Notes under the pieces: model-generated
Databases searched by the model: none
What the model was told of the DNA's origin: nothing
What the model saw: only the letters and a program-made list of their open reading frames with translations
Translations under genes and position numbers: made by a program
NCBI GenBank assembly: GCA_000934665.2
Contig: KZ537975.1
Location: 1-64,000, forward strand
Reading direction: 5' to 3'
Length of the DNA stretch: 64,000 nt
Source of the DNA: Catajapyx aquilonaris
Lineage: Eukaryota
Shown: piece after piece, positions 41,823 through 55,300 of the stretch
How positions within the stretch are numbered: the stretch's first letter is position 1
Layout of the letters: each line of letters starts with the position of its first letter

Positions 41823-44630
41823 ACGGGGCAATGGTGGGGCGGGGGCGTGTGTGCGAGATGGCGCCGGTTGCATGCGCCGCTCGCACGTCTTCTCCACCAC
41901 GTAACAAAACCTGCTGGGATCTTCGAGACAACCCCCACCTTCTTCAAAGCACCCTAACCACACGTACACACACACAGTTTTTATGACGACCGGAACTTAA
42001 GTGTCGCTCCGGGCATAGGCGGACGAATGGATCAGGCGAGCATGATTTCATCCAGGTTCAGATTTAACACTGATTGATGTTGCGCAATGGTACATGTGTC
42101 ATAATGCGGGTTCGGTAAGAAAAATTACATTTGCAACATACCGAGTAATGTTGCATGGAGGTCAGGTTAACAAAGGACCTATAAGGTCCACATGAAAAAC
42201 GGGGGTTGGTGAATGAAAAGAGATGGTTAATGATCAGGCATGAACCTCCTGAAGATAACGCCGTTATGTATCGAGAGGAGATTTATTTCCAATTCTCCTC
42301 CTCCTCCTGTGGCAACAGGAAGGGACCACAGCAGGTAGAGAGCAGAGGAGGACAAAGAACAGCAGGATGGGAGCCATTTGTGGGGCCTCACCAATTACAG
42401 GTAGGATTTTGGCTTTAATGCGCGTATATTGGAAGAGGGACAATTAGCAGGACCACAAAGGTGCTGGAGATTCATTTGGTCGCAGCGAGAGATCGCCACC
42501 GAGACTAAAGCGATGGGATTCGGAAACCGATTTCAATGGACCACCTTGGCGGACCAGGCGGGGGTGGAGTAAATGGACACCTGTAATCACTGCCAGGTTC
42601 TAGTTTACGGGTCTCAAAGTTGGGCCGGAACAAGCGTATTAGCCGTTAACTAGATCTGATATGATTTATTAAAATATGCTTTTGGATTGTAGCGACAGGT
42701 GTTTCATGAAGAATTGGACACACTTATATGGAACAAACTCCTGAACACTATACAATATCAGAGGGGTCATTTGGTCTGCAAAAACTCCTTACCAAAATTA
42801 CCTGCACTGATCAAAGAATCCTTGCAAAACTCCCTGCACAAAAAAAGATCAAATTCATGACCAATTTTACAATAACAAGGAAACGAACAAGACGTAATAT
42901 TCCGCCACCTTGCCTATTACGGAGTTGCACAATATTTTTACAAAGGGGCAATCATCAGTAATTGTTAACCTATAAATAAAATAGAATGGAGCGCTGACAT
43001 CATCATCTAATAAAAGTGTAAGAGATGCTGAGGTTATACACTGTGCTTTTATTGGAGGGTGACGTATACGTATAGTAGCAGGCCAATTATTTCTTAATTT
43101 TCTGTAAATGCTGTAATTTATTCTGGTTAGATGCACACCGTTTACAGTGCTTTGTACGTGTACAGTACATGCACCACGCTGCACTCTAATGCTGCCAATT
43201 TCGTAATGTGACCTTCGGTTTTTTTCGTCACGCAATTATAAATTAATGCAGATGTCCGTAACAGAACCATTTATAAAACTGATTTCTGCATATATCATTC
43301 AAATCTTTAAATACTGGTGTTCTTTATATCATGTTTTAACTGAGACACATACCACATAATCCCCAATAAATCGATGCAAATACATTCTCATTACGTAGTA
43401 TTATTTGAACCATATAAAATCTACTTCTGAGCTAGACAAATTGCAATCAATAACACTCGTTGTTTCATGTCTCGCAATAATTATCCTTTCAGTAGTTTGA
43501 TCATAAGCTAAAATTGACAAATGCGTCCTACATGTACTGAATAAATTATAATGATTATGAAGATATCAACCATGGCTCTTTTTGATCCAAAAAAATGGCC
43601 AAGGATACTAACGAACCAATAATCATTTGATTGTCCTTAGTTTTTTTACGCTGATAAACAAATCAAAACATTTTTTTCCTCCTTCCACCTGGGTCATTGT
43701 CAGGAAGAGCAATTGACCAGTTTATATCAGTTTATACCACATGGTCATTCAAGATGTCCTGGCGATACGATGCGAAGTTTTCGGCGCAACTTCACAGCTG
43801 TGGGAAATCGTAGAAAATAAATAGCCTCGGTTTTTGCATCATCCACCGCTCAATTAAGTGGCCTGCTGTTTTGCCAAACCCAGTTTTCTCTTTGCATTCA
43901 TTAGTTCCGACCACACTCGAATAAACCATATAATGACCCAAAATTATACCCGCCTCACCAGTTTACAACCATCAGGAACACGTGTGACTGCTCAGATGCA
44001 AAGTATGTGTAAAACAAGCTGGTCGCCATCGCAAATTTTTTCGATGGAATCGTAGAGAAAGGTATAAAAATGCGAAAAACTGGTTCCTGTATCCGTCCTG
44101 ATGGCAAAGCAAGCACAATGGTAACGTCACTTGGTGCTCAAGGTCTGTTAAATTACGACATCCTTTTATTATTTCTTATGCCCCTCCGCCATCCAGCACG
44201 GTCATTTTCTATGTGCGATTACCTAGATTGGGCGATTAATTATGCCTCAACTCCAAGGGGTTTGTTTGAAGAAAAGAAAAGTGCATTATAATTTCTCTGC
44301 GGTTCCAAGCGTAACACATGCTCCGGTGTGTGTTCCTCTCCTGCCTTCAATTAATTTCAATAATGGAACATGTTAGGTCACGTCATTGGGTCAGACTGAC
44401 AACCGATATCGGCTCATCACGAGTCACGAATGAAGCAAGTTGGGAATGTGGCCAGGTAGAGAGGAATATAAGAAGGACAACTTTCCAAACTAATTGAGAG
44501 TGGAAAGTTGTTTCGGAGGCAGAAAATTGCCACCGAGAAGGAAGGTTGCTGGTCATGACGACCTGAGGCAGCACGGACATGACCTGGGCCCAATCTGCAT
44601 GTCACACCCTGACAATCATTATACTGAATG

Positions 44631-44724
44631 TCGCACCACCTCCAGGAAATATTTCCGGCTAGAAAAAGGCCTTTTCTGGCTCTTTTCCAGCCGGAAATAT
44701 TTCCTGGAGGTTGGTGCAACCGGT
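44631..44724. mobile_element. Palindromic MITE-like element (family B)
   Basis: Perfect 23-bp arms acctccaggaaatatttccggct (44638-44660) and agccggaaatatttcctggaggt (44689-44711), extending to gcacca/tggtgc. Related sequence lies at 3512-3537 and 62482-62507. Confidence 0.8.
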
Positions 44725-46370
44725 TGTTTCCACTAATTTCAGTCGAAATTGACTGCGAGTGTACATTATTTTTTGGGGGCAAAAAAATCACATATGGCCA
44801 GAATTGCAACCTCGTCTGTCACACTCTTGTCAATCATAAAACTGGTACGGACAACTTGCATTACAATGTAACAGGACTCCTGATGTTGATGCCTGCCAGA
44901 GCATCCAGTTATAAAAATTTCCAGATATACGCGATTGCCCACAACTGTCAACAAGGTCACTTCAACCTGTCCCTTATATAAAACCAGTGCCATAATAATG
45001 GCTGACGTTTCGTAAAATTAACTCTGATGAAGCATTACTTTAATCCCAACCCTGGCTGGTTATTTACAAGCAAAATCAGCTTAAACCTTTTTCCATAAAA
45101 CTGACTGGAACGTTTTAATTGGACCATTACGGGACTGAGAAACGGTTACCTTCAGGGTTAGTCATACGAAATAATATCGGCCTGATGACCACTTGATAAG
45201 GAGGCAAAGGTGGTTGAAACGGCTTCTGATAATACGACTGGGACTAGTTAGAGGTATTCTTACGACCTATTCAAACCTTTGGAGAAAAAAAAATTGTAGG
45301 GCCCAAATTCACACACTGGTCGTATATCATAGAACCGGATTTTTGGAGGATCACCATTTAAAAAGGACCACTTTTGGAGGTTCATTACAATCGACAGAAA
45401 ATGAATCGAGCAATGGATTTGGGATGGTGAAAAAGTCACGCGAGAAAGAGGTGAGATAATGTGGTGATGTGTCTTGGCTTCACATCTCATCCCCTTATTA
45501 TGGAAATGACTACTCTTGTGGTGAGATGCCGCGACCTTTGACCTCGGGCCAAGAAGCGATGTACTGGGGCCGAAAAAAGCAATTTCTTCCCAGGCCTTGC
45601 AATACAATCATTGGTACAAAAAAAACGCTTCAAAGTCGGCGCTTAACACAAATATCGGTACCCTTTTAGAGTTCAAACTGAAGCAAAAATAAACTCGAGA
45701 CGCATTGTTGCAATGACAGGAGGCCAGCTTGCAACAATATTTTCACTTCTTCGGCGTCGCCACCTTTTTTTTGTAATTAGCTGAGAGTTACATTCACCAA
45801 TTTTGTGTCGCAACTTTTAGGAGGAGTCTTAGCCCCGATGATTACCACAAATTTCGCCGCATTCTTTTTAAGACGATGCCGATCTCGCCCCGGAAATCAC
45901 GAATTCGCAGTAACTCTTGAGGTAAAGAGGCAGCCTCATTACCAGCTCACACTTACCTGAAGGGACAGATTTCATTAGCAATGCGGTCATCATTTCTAAG
46001 AAACTGACCTTTTCATCATTTACGGATCATTGCTTTTCCCATAGTCTTTCTCGACCCTAGCAACCTCTTTGTTGCAACAGTCATTTTACCATGATGAGAC
46101 CCTCATTTGCCACGCGAGCTAGATAAGCCGATTAATTAGCTCGGCGGAGATGGAAGGGGCGGCAATCTCCTAAACCAACTGTCTTTCCATAAGAAATTAC
46201 CTTTTTTTATCTACCCACCCTCCCACTCCCCGCCTCCTTATCACAGCTACGGAAGCGATTATCCCTCTTTGTTGTGCTTGGCCAGGTAAGCAACCCCTTT
46301 CTTCATGGTGGCCCACAAATAACATTATGCTGAGAATTTCTGTTTTTGTCGCGACTTATACACTACCTAA

Positions 46371-46416
46371 ATATATCAAAAATCGATATTGTTTTGAAAC
46401 AGCCGATATATCGACT
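46371..46416. repeat. Family C, copy 2 (inverted relative to 12.6 kb)
   Basis: atcgatattgttttgaaacagccgat resembles the reverse complement of 12665-12695. ccgatatatcgact is the exact reverse complement of 12611-12624. Confidence 0.6.
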
Positions 46417-49208
46417 GGTTCCTTCGACAATATGATGTCCATAAAAAGAAACAGCGCGATTGTCCTTGCGGCCGTCACTTTTTAAGGCGGAAGAAGGGCT
46501 CCTCAAGAGACTTCATAATGGTTGTGTCATATCCATTGCCTGAGTCATAATCTCGCAATTCACGGTAAAAGGAGGGAGACATGGCCCTGAAGGCATCATC
46601 ACAACAGGAACCGTGGGCGCGTTTTGTGGAAATCTGTTTTGTGCGAGCTACTCCTTGCCCCAAGATGAGATGACCCGAACCGATAGCTCTCGGAGACTCT
46701 AACCCGTGATATATACAATGGCCACGTGTGGGAGAAAATGCTCGGGAGAGATCCCCACTCGTGATGTATGGGGGATGCGTACTGGTAAACGCCCTGTGGA
46801 CATTTTTTTGTGTTCCAAACTCGCGCCTTTTCCTTCATTAAATCATTCTAATATCTATCAATCTGACCCAAAAAATAATTTGCCTGAATTTCACCTGAAT
46901 TACTATTTTTCTATTGGATGTACCCCCTGGAGACGATCAAGGTGGGCTTTGTACAGGTAACGTCTTTCTCTCTTTTCGTGTGGGCCCTTTTAGTCGTGCC
47001 GCCTTCTTCGCCTAACCTCTGTCACTGACTGTATGAATTACCAGCGCAACCCCCTTTAATTTCATTGTCACTCGGGCCAGAAGAAGAGGGCCGAATAAAA
47101 TATGGCAGAGGGCGGATGGGCAGGTGCGAGGGGGAAGGCCAGACAGCCTATGAAAACCATGAAAATCAGGTGTGGGAGGCTGGCCAAAGGTAACATAATG
47201 GTGAAAAACTTGCGTACAATTTCACGGTTATGATACAAAATTTTCGGCCTCTCTTTTTGAAGAAAGAAACGGAATCATTAATGTTATGTCCATGGAAAGA
47301 AAAAAAGGGGGGTCCGGTGCATATTGCATATTTTCATTAAACTCGCAGCGGAGTGGTGGACGTGCCCTTTGACCCCTTTTGCCTCACATGGAGCCTGTCT
47401 TGCCACCATCCAGATCCGTGATGTTGGAGCACAAGACGTGGGTATATATTTCATTACGCGTCGTTGGAGTCCCCGGTACTTTTGGGAAAGATGGTCCTCA
47501 GGAGGTCCTTCCTGCATGAATATGAATTCACGGCCAGTTGATCTGGATAAATCCACCGTGAAGATTCCAGCAGGTGGGCTTACCCGAGAATTATTTTCTA
47601 GAATTTTTGAATATTACGCCACAGGGTCAACACCAGCTTAAATAAACGGTCGTATGCAAACCGTTTCGTAACCACCGCGCAATTTTCAATGTTATTTTAC
47701 GCTGGATTGAGGTAATGGGTCGCCATTATCGGAGCTTGTGAAAACACGAGAAAGCAATTTGGCACATCGGTCTATTGACTCAACAACAAGCGGCCTAATG
47801 AGTCTGGAGACTGTCACCCTTGAAAGTGGACCAGTCACTACGATTTAAAAGGGGGTGATTGACAGTCTTGGACCAGATTAAAATGCAAAAACTCTATTTG
47901 CTCTATGCGACTCCAAAAGTGGTGTAAATCCTTGCAATGAGCTTGTTGGCAAGCTATACATCATTGTGTCGTGAGGTGTCTTCGACGACTTTCCAGGACC
48001 GAAATTCGCGGAGGCGGTATCCAGCTCATTAGAACAAGAGGGCAACTTTTATGACCCTCCTCCAGGGTCAAGTCATACGAATTCCGTGAAAGTACTGTCC
48101 ACTTAAATGTTGCAAAAATATTTTTCGCAATAAAAACATTTTTTGCAATTAATCTGACAGGGTTGATTTATCGCAACATTGTAAGAATCTCAACTACTGA
48201 GCATAGAGTTCAAGGTGATATTCAGACGGAACTGGACCTGTTTTTTTTTTCGAAGTTGCTCACGTTTCGATGCGAAAATCGTGACTGGAGCCACGTGGAT
48301 TAAGATCCAATTAGATCGTTTTTCGGTGACTTTCCCTGCAGATTATGATATAATTAATCACTCACGAGTGTATTAAGTCGTACCGCACCGTTTTGGGCCA
48401 CACCACATAAAGGTAAATAACAGCGCATCAACCGGTTATTCCCCTTAGAAAATAGCTGCCCTATTTTGTGCAAAAACTGGTATCGGCGGATACCAACACA
48501 TCATCGCACGACGTAATGCCCATAATAACCGTTCCTTATACCCCATAAATTAAATTACGGTCGCTTCGAAAATTACAAGGATGACGGAACGGTGCAGAAA
48601 ACCAGAGCAAAATCGTAATTTTCGGTGTGAGATCTTAATTTACAGCTCCAAGGGCCAGAGGGGTCTCCGGTCATTTTGGACACCGTTGGAGAAACAGTCC
48701 GAGTGATTTACGGTCGACTGTCAGGAGTCCCACCGGAGTGAAATACGTCCCAAATTAATTACGGTGCCCAGCGACACTATCATGCAAATGTGGGGGCAAT
48801 AAAACGTCTTTTTGCCCGAAACCTGCATTATACACAAACTCAGTTTTTTTTTACACTCTTGAACATCAAGGATGGCAAGACCATTTCGGATAGGTCGTGA
48901 ATATTCTGACGTTTTCCTTATCAACACAGGTGTCCCCTTTCACCTGGGCTAGCGATCGACACTTAAACCTGGAGGCTCTTCATATCTGATTGGAGAAACT
49001 TGAAGCTCATTTACATGCTAATATGGCGAATTATCTACGAATTTTCCCTGCGGTACGACGCACCAGACAATGTCTTTGTACAGTATATATGCAAGACCAC
49101 CTGGATATGGCGAAAGTGTTAAATGATGCAAACCTTTGGGCAAGAACTATTACACAACAACTAGAAAAATGCTACCGAACAGAAGGGTTTTCTAGAAATT
49201 TTTATATC

Positions 49209-49346
49209 CACCCACCAGAGGCGCTGTATACACCCCATTGCGCCTGCGCAGAACTGGGGCCAATCAGAAGCGTCGCGGTAACAACAATATGCGGAGGACC
49301 CATCAAATGGCTTACGCAAACCACAAAGGATTTTAATACTATAAAT
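49209..49346 (-). mobile_element. Dispersed repeat family A, copy 3
   Basis: cacccaccagaggcgctgtat..ccattgcgcctgcgcagaactggggccaatcagaagcgtcgcg..aaggattttaatactata aligns with copies 1 and 2. Confidence 0.75.
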
Positions 49347-52300
49347 TGCCAGATAGTTATGGCTAATTCCTGCTTAAAATGGGACAAAATGTCCACGTTT
49401 CAACCTTCGCTCACTTTTTATGCAGATTGAGATCTGGCTCTATCTTTGGCTTGAAAAGAGACAAAAGTTGGGGGCCTCACACCGCGATTGGTATATTTAC
49501 GGCCTAACACTATTTTCGGGCCCGTAGCCCACCTAATAGAGTCCCTTATTTTGGAGATGGGAGACAGCTAGTTCGTGCCTTGCATTCAGGTTGTGGCAAC
49601 CATAAAAATGCTGGCACGACAAAAGTTTTGGGCAAATTTGCGGAGGTACATGCAAATCGCGTGAAATTTCCATTTGGATTCAGCCCCTGCTTGTTAATGT
49701 TACTTAGTTCCGGAAGCTGGCGCTCATTTGAAAAATCTCCACTTTTCTCCTGCCAGATACAAAGGCCCAATTAGCCTCCAAGAATGTGTCAGAAAAAGAT
49801 GTAGAAGTTGGATAAAACAGAGGCGACCTTGGGCATGGCCCAAATCATAATAATAACGTCATATTCTAAGGCAAGTAATTAAATTCATCAGGAAACTAGC
49901 GGAAATGTTCCCCTCGGCATTTTTCGTACACAAAAAAAAATATATATTTACACGCAACTTTTTTGTTGTCACGAACAGCGCTGTGTTAATGTGCTCGAGA
50001 CTCAATCCGACGTAACTTTATACGAACTGGCAGCCTTGTTGGCGATAGGAAGATAAGATGCAAATCTTGCTGTGCGTGCTAGGATAGCAACAATCGCGAA
50101 AAAAAATTAAGTACTTTGCAAAATTGGAATTTGCTGTGGTCGGTTTCGGTGTACAAGTGCTGTACATTTTTTGTATGCCGGATTCTGAAGATTCATGGCG
50201 ATTATTGCTCGATCTGTTACGATCCCATTGTTGTGGCCTGAAGACATGAACCACACACGCACTGCACCGAATAGGTTATTAACATGTGTCGAACCGAGTG
50301 ACAACTTAATAATCGGTTTTGCAGCGCACGTGGCCCCGGGGCCGGATGAGTTTCGCGTAAAATCGCAGCCGGCTTCGGATATATCCAAAATGAATAACCC
50401 ATAGCCCAACATAAATCTTATCCGGCGGGATCTGTCTGCTTGGGAACACTACCCTGCAGTTTCCAACCCGTGAAAAATCTCTCCTTCACCACCCACATCA
50501 TCACAAGAGGACCCCTTCTACCCACCCATCGCACGTGACCAGTCCTCGTTCAGACAGCCACAGGCAACTCAACTGTACCGTACTGTACTCACTAATTATT
50601 TCGACGACGATGAATATAAAAAAATATGAAGTCGTACTTCCTGTCAACAGCATTGTTGCTCACCTCCATAATCTGGGTTCGATCTGTCCGTGGGCGTGTC
50701 AGATTAAGATCAAGAATGGTTTCAATGCCATCAGTCCACTTGCCATGTCGATGGTTGTCAAAACAACAAAGCCATTCTTGACATGTGGCAGTCCCTCCAC
50801 ATACATACCCCCATGCGTGTCTGTACATGACACAAGAAGTGGGTATATGCCAAGGTATATGCACATGGTGAGCCACAACCCCATCGTTTCTGAACAGCTT
50901 ACTTTTTGAACCAAGATGGCCGCCAGATCGTTCCGACTCACCCTGTACAGACCCGATGCAGCTGGACAAATTGGAGGGAAATCATCGCCGGTGGTGACCC
51001 TCCCATCACCACCTAACAAGGCAAAGACATTAGCAAACAATGGTCGCCTGCGACTCTAATTATTCCGAGCGTGGGCGTCATATAATGCTGACTTGACTAG
51101 TTCGTAAGCAGATTTTGGGCTGGGCGACCATTTTTACTACACACTGTTATTCCCGCATCATTCACTCGGATTATACTGCACTCTTTGTCACAGCTAGAGG
51201 AATGCAACGGATGTTTTTGCAACAATCTACAGGTCGAAAAATACTTCCGAAAAAAATTTGAGGCGGCCAATTAGGTCCAAGAGTGATGTGCTCGTGGAAA
51301 GGATTAATTAAGAGCCTAGCAAATGGCTGAGAGCAATTAATAAATGATGATGGACTTGCCTCCTCTTCGCCTTGGAGACCACCTACAAAGCGGCAAATTG
51401 GAGAATGGACGCAGATTTCAGAGGAAGGCCAGCATCTTTTTACTTCTGCTTATTACCTCCCCCTCAAAAAATAATGTACAATACCGATGCTCATTATTAA
51501 TGTGATACGCCGGGCTTTTATTTCCAGACGCGGTGTGGCCCAAAGTGGTCTTTTTGACCACTTTATGGGAGATACCTCCAGGCATACGGAATTACCGCTT
51601 TCGGTACTTTCGGTACCGTTTACCTCAAACAACCTGGCTCGAGTTGCATGGACCTCTGAGATGAGTGGTCATGCAACAAGTCATTGAATAAAATATGCAC
51701 TTTGCTTAATGATAATTCCGCTGTTCCGAGCTGGCCCTTCATGATGTTTGCCTTTACATTATTAAGATTAAAATAAATCGCATTAAAATAAATGAACTAC
51801 GCAGCAAGCTTAGTAAAAATAATTACCTGTAACTTCGGAGTACAAAGGTCATAAAAATTCGGCGGTTGGGCACCTCTTCCCGTCCAGAAAATATCGTTTG
51901 CCATGCCGGCTCTCCCCCACAGGTTGCTGCCCACAGGTAAACAATACTTATTCCTCTTTATGGTCAAGCTTATCTGCCCTTTCCGCTCGGTGAACTTCCA
52001 ATTAGTCCATAACCTCATCTGGACATACGTGTCTTTGGCCCAGTCAGGATTGTATTTCCCAACGACAACTTAATACCGGATTATGTTCCCAAAGGCTTCA
52101 ACGATAGCCCCCCGCTCACCTCTAATTAAAACCGGAGAATATATGCGGTCACCTTTCTGAACCAGATCTGCCTCACTAATTTCGGGTCCGGTTTTTTTTT
52201 CAGGATGATAACTGCACGCCTGAATTAACGCCTAATGACGCAGCCCCGTAATTGTTGGCCTTTTTTCCCCCACTGGACACACTTGGCCACCACCGACAGG

Positions 52301-55300
52301 ATGATGAAAAAGGGCCGCTGTATACACTTATAGCGATGACCAACCACACATTTTGACATGCAGCCTTGCACACGGAAAAGGCCCCCCCTCTCTTTATAAT
52401 GGGACCCAGTTTTGCCCCCTGGATGCAATTACGGCTGATGATAACCTAATAGACTTATATTATCTAGCTACGTTTATCCGGCTGATTTTGGAAAATTGTT
52501 GAGGTAATCGCTGAAGAAAATCTCCGACTATTGTTCCAGATTATTGACCGTTGACATGGGTTGAAAAATGTGGGCATAAAACCTGCCTTAAAAATTTCAC
52601 GATGCAATTTGTTATTGGACATTATTTCCCGGCCCGATTTTTTTTTGCAGCGCTCCAAGTGGTGCGAAATCGTGACTAATTACGGCTGCCTATTCACACC
52701 TTTAATTTTCGCAATTACTGCTAATACCAAGGCACGCGTTCACGTTTTTAAATAATAAAAATAGCATGCGATGGTACATGTATAGCAAAAAAATTAATCT
52801 CTGAAACTGCTGCACATCCATTACTTTAGACCTGATTGAAGACGAATGAAAGTCTCAGCATGGCTCCTAGGGGTGGCCCACCCAAAACGTAGCAGGAGAT
52901 GTGTACTGTACTAAATTTTGGAGCCGCTCTCCGTATGTGGCCAAAAAATGGGCCCACATGGGCCGTATATTTCCCACCGTTCTTGGTTCCAAAATTTACT
53001 TCAGGATGCTCCAGCCGCAAATCATCCAAGATGTTAAGTGATATGCTACCGGCTATGCCTGAATTTGCGGCTTTATAACCTCTATTTTGATATTAAATAG
53101 TGGGCCCTTTTTGGGACCCATGAACTAAAGAAGAAGGCAGCAGGTGCTGTTTTTTGCCTGAGGCCACCACGGCTTTAATTATAGGCTGTGCTCTGCGGGA
53201 ATTCCGAGAATTTACGCTCTTATATGAGATGTAAACCCTTTTCCATGCCGCACACACTATTATTCTACCCGGCACTATCCAATTGTACATTTTAAAAAAA
53301 AAGCCAATTGTGGGGGTGGAAATTCGGGCCTTTGAAGTATACAAACGTCGCATACATCACCAATTTCCTTGCACATTTTTCAACCTGACGTAAATTAGTG
53401 AATATGCATATATGTAGAATCCGCAGGCTGTGCAGAGTCCACAAAGTGATGGATGGCCGAGTTGAAAAGGCGATCCAGTTTCTTTAAGGGAACTTGATGG
53501 CTGCTTATTTACAGCCAACGGGATGATTCGATAACGTGCGATAAAAGTTGGGGGCTCAAACACCGGACCTGTCGCTTCGGAATGAAAGTTATTTATAATG
53601 GAAAGGTACGTAGAAAATTGCAAGGCTCCTGTTTGCACCAAAGTATAGGGTGAGGCAGGATCAAATTGGACAAATAAAAATGTAGTAGTCGCCGGTTATC
53701 TTTCTCACATTTTTCTCCGGCCTTCCTCCAACTATTTTTTATTTCATTATTATTATTCGGCGGGCCTGCATGGGAAAGATAATATTCACTCCACCCCAAT
53801 AATTTTAAGCTCGTAAATTACACTTATCTGCCTTTGCACCTCTGTATTATTTACTTATGCGGGCCATAGTTTTTTATGCGTTTGTGTTTTATTGAAATGA
53901 GGCACGAAAAAATGCTAATTAATACATGGTCCGTTATATCAATGTTGAACGTAAAGATTTGGTGTGTACGTAATTAATGATCAACGATCGATACACCGTC
54001 GTCAGATTGTTGAAAAATTGATTATTAATTGTACACGGTGCGTAATTGCAGGTGTGTGCCGTGAATTAAAAAGTGCTGCCAAATTCCTGAGGTCGCAGCT
54101 TCTGGTTTTGTAGATCAATAAAACCCGACTTCCCCATGTAAATCCTTACCTTTTGCTATAAATTGGACCAGCGTGTACGTTTTTATGCCAGGTTTCTCCT
54201 CCTGTCCAAGAGCGGTCCCACAGGAATAAACAACCATGTTATTGCATCTGACAAAACTACTCTGGGCCACAAAACTCCTAGAAACGACAACACCAGAATA
54301 AAAACAATACCCTCTATTTTACGCATCTGAAAAACTAGAAATATTCGGCCGGCCGCCATTTAACGGCTATTAAAACGACAAAGCGGCCCCAATAATGTCA
54401 GGCCAAAAATTCCAAGAAGATTTAAGGACACAAGACAAACAAGAAATTCAGTAGTAAAAGAACTCCCATGTTACCAGGCTGCCAATGGTTTTAATGTCCC
54501 TCTAGGTATGTCCTGGACTAAAAAAGTAGCTTCATTTGTGTTTAAATGTTTCGCGAGTGGCGCCAAAATGCGTTCCTTTTAGGTCCTTTTTTTGGGTAGG
54601 TTTTGGGTGAATCGAATGAGTATGTAGCTCGTGTCCAGACAGCGCTGACAAACGACGAGACCAATTAAAGTCAGAGTCGTGACCTCAGCCGTGTCGGTCC
54701 CAGATTTAGTGGAGATCCCTCTCTGATTTATTCCTTTCTTCTGGGCCCTCACGATAAGTGCGCCACGGACACAACCAGCAAGAAGAAGCTGAGGAGTGGT
54801 GGTGGGGGTTGGAAAAAAATATATATGTGCACCTATGGGCCACAGAGAGGGCCCGTAGGAGAGGAATTAAGTGCTGCAAGATGCCGGTGTTCTTCCCGAA
54901 GCAGTATGGGTTCGTACATCGGAGGACAAGCACTGCCAGGGACATTTATGGACGGGGTTATGAAGACGTTGATGGCGGCCCACTCGAGGGGACAGCCATC
55001 AAGGGACATTTCGGACGGGGTGAGGACAGAGAGAGGTTTTATAATCGGGCATAGTGCACGCATGGGCTGAATAACATATGGAGTGGACTTGAACAAGTTC
55101 TAGAATACATAAAAGGTTGCAGTAATTTCTTATAACGAATATTTAGCTTTAATATGAGACCAGAAAAGACCTCCCAGGAGCTAATTATACTTGTTCATAA
55201 ATTGATGCCCTCGTGACCATTGTCTTGTATCCTCACCATCCTTCGTCTCCTACACTCGCCAAACCAATGTTGCCTGCTCACCCTGCAATTAATCCGCCCT

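Noticed and set aside
52729..52745. miR-124-like AAGGCACGCG
   Set aside because: Only about 10 nt match and there is no hairpin.
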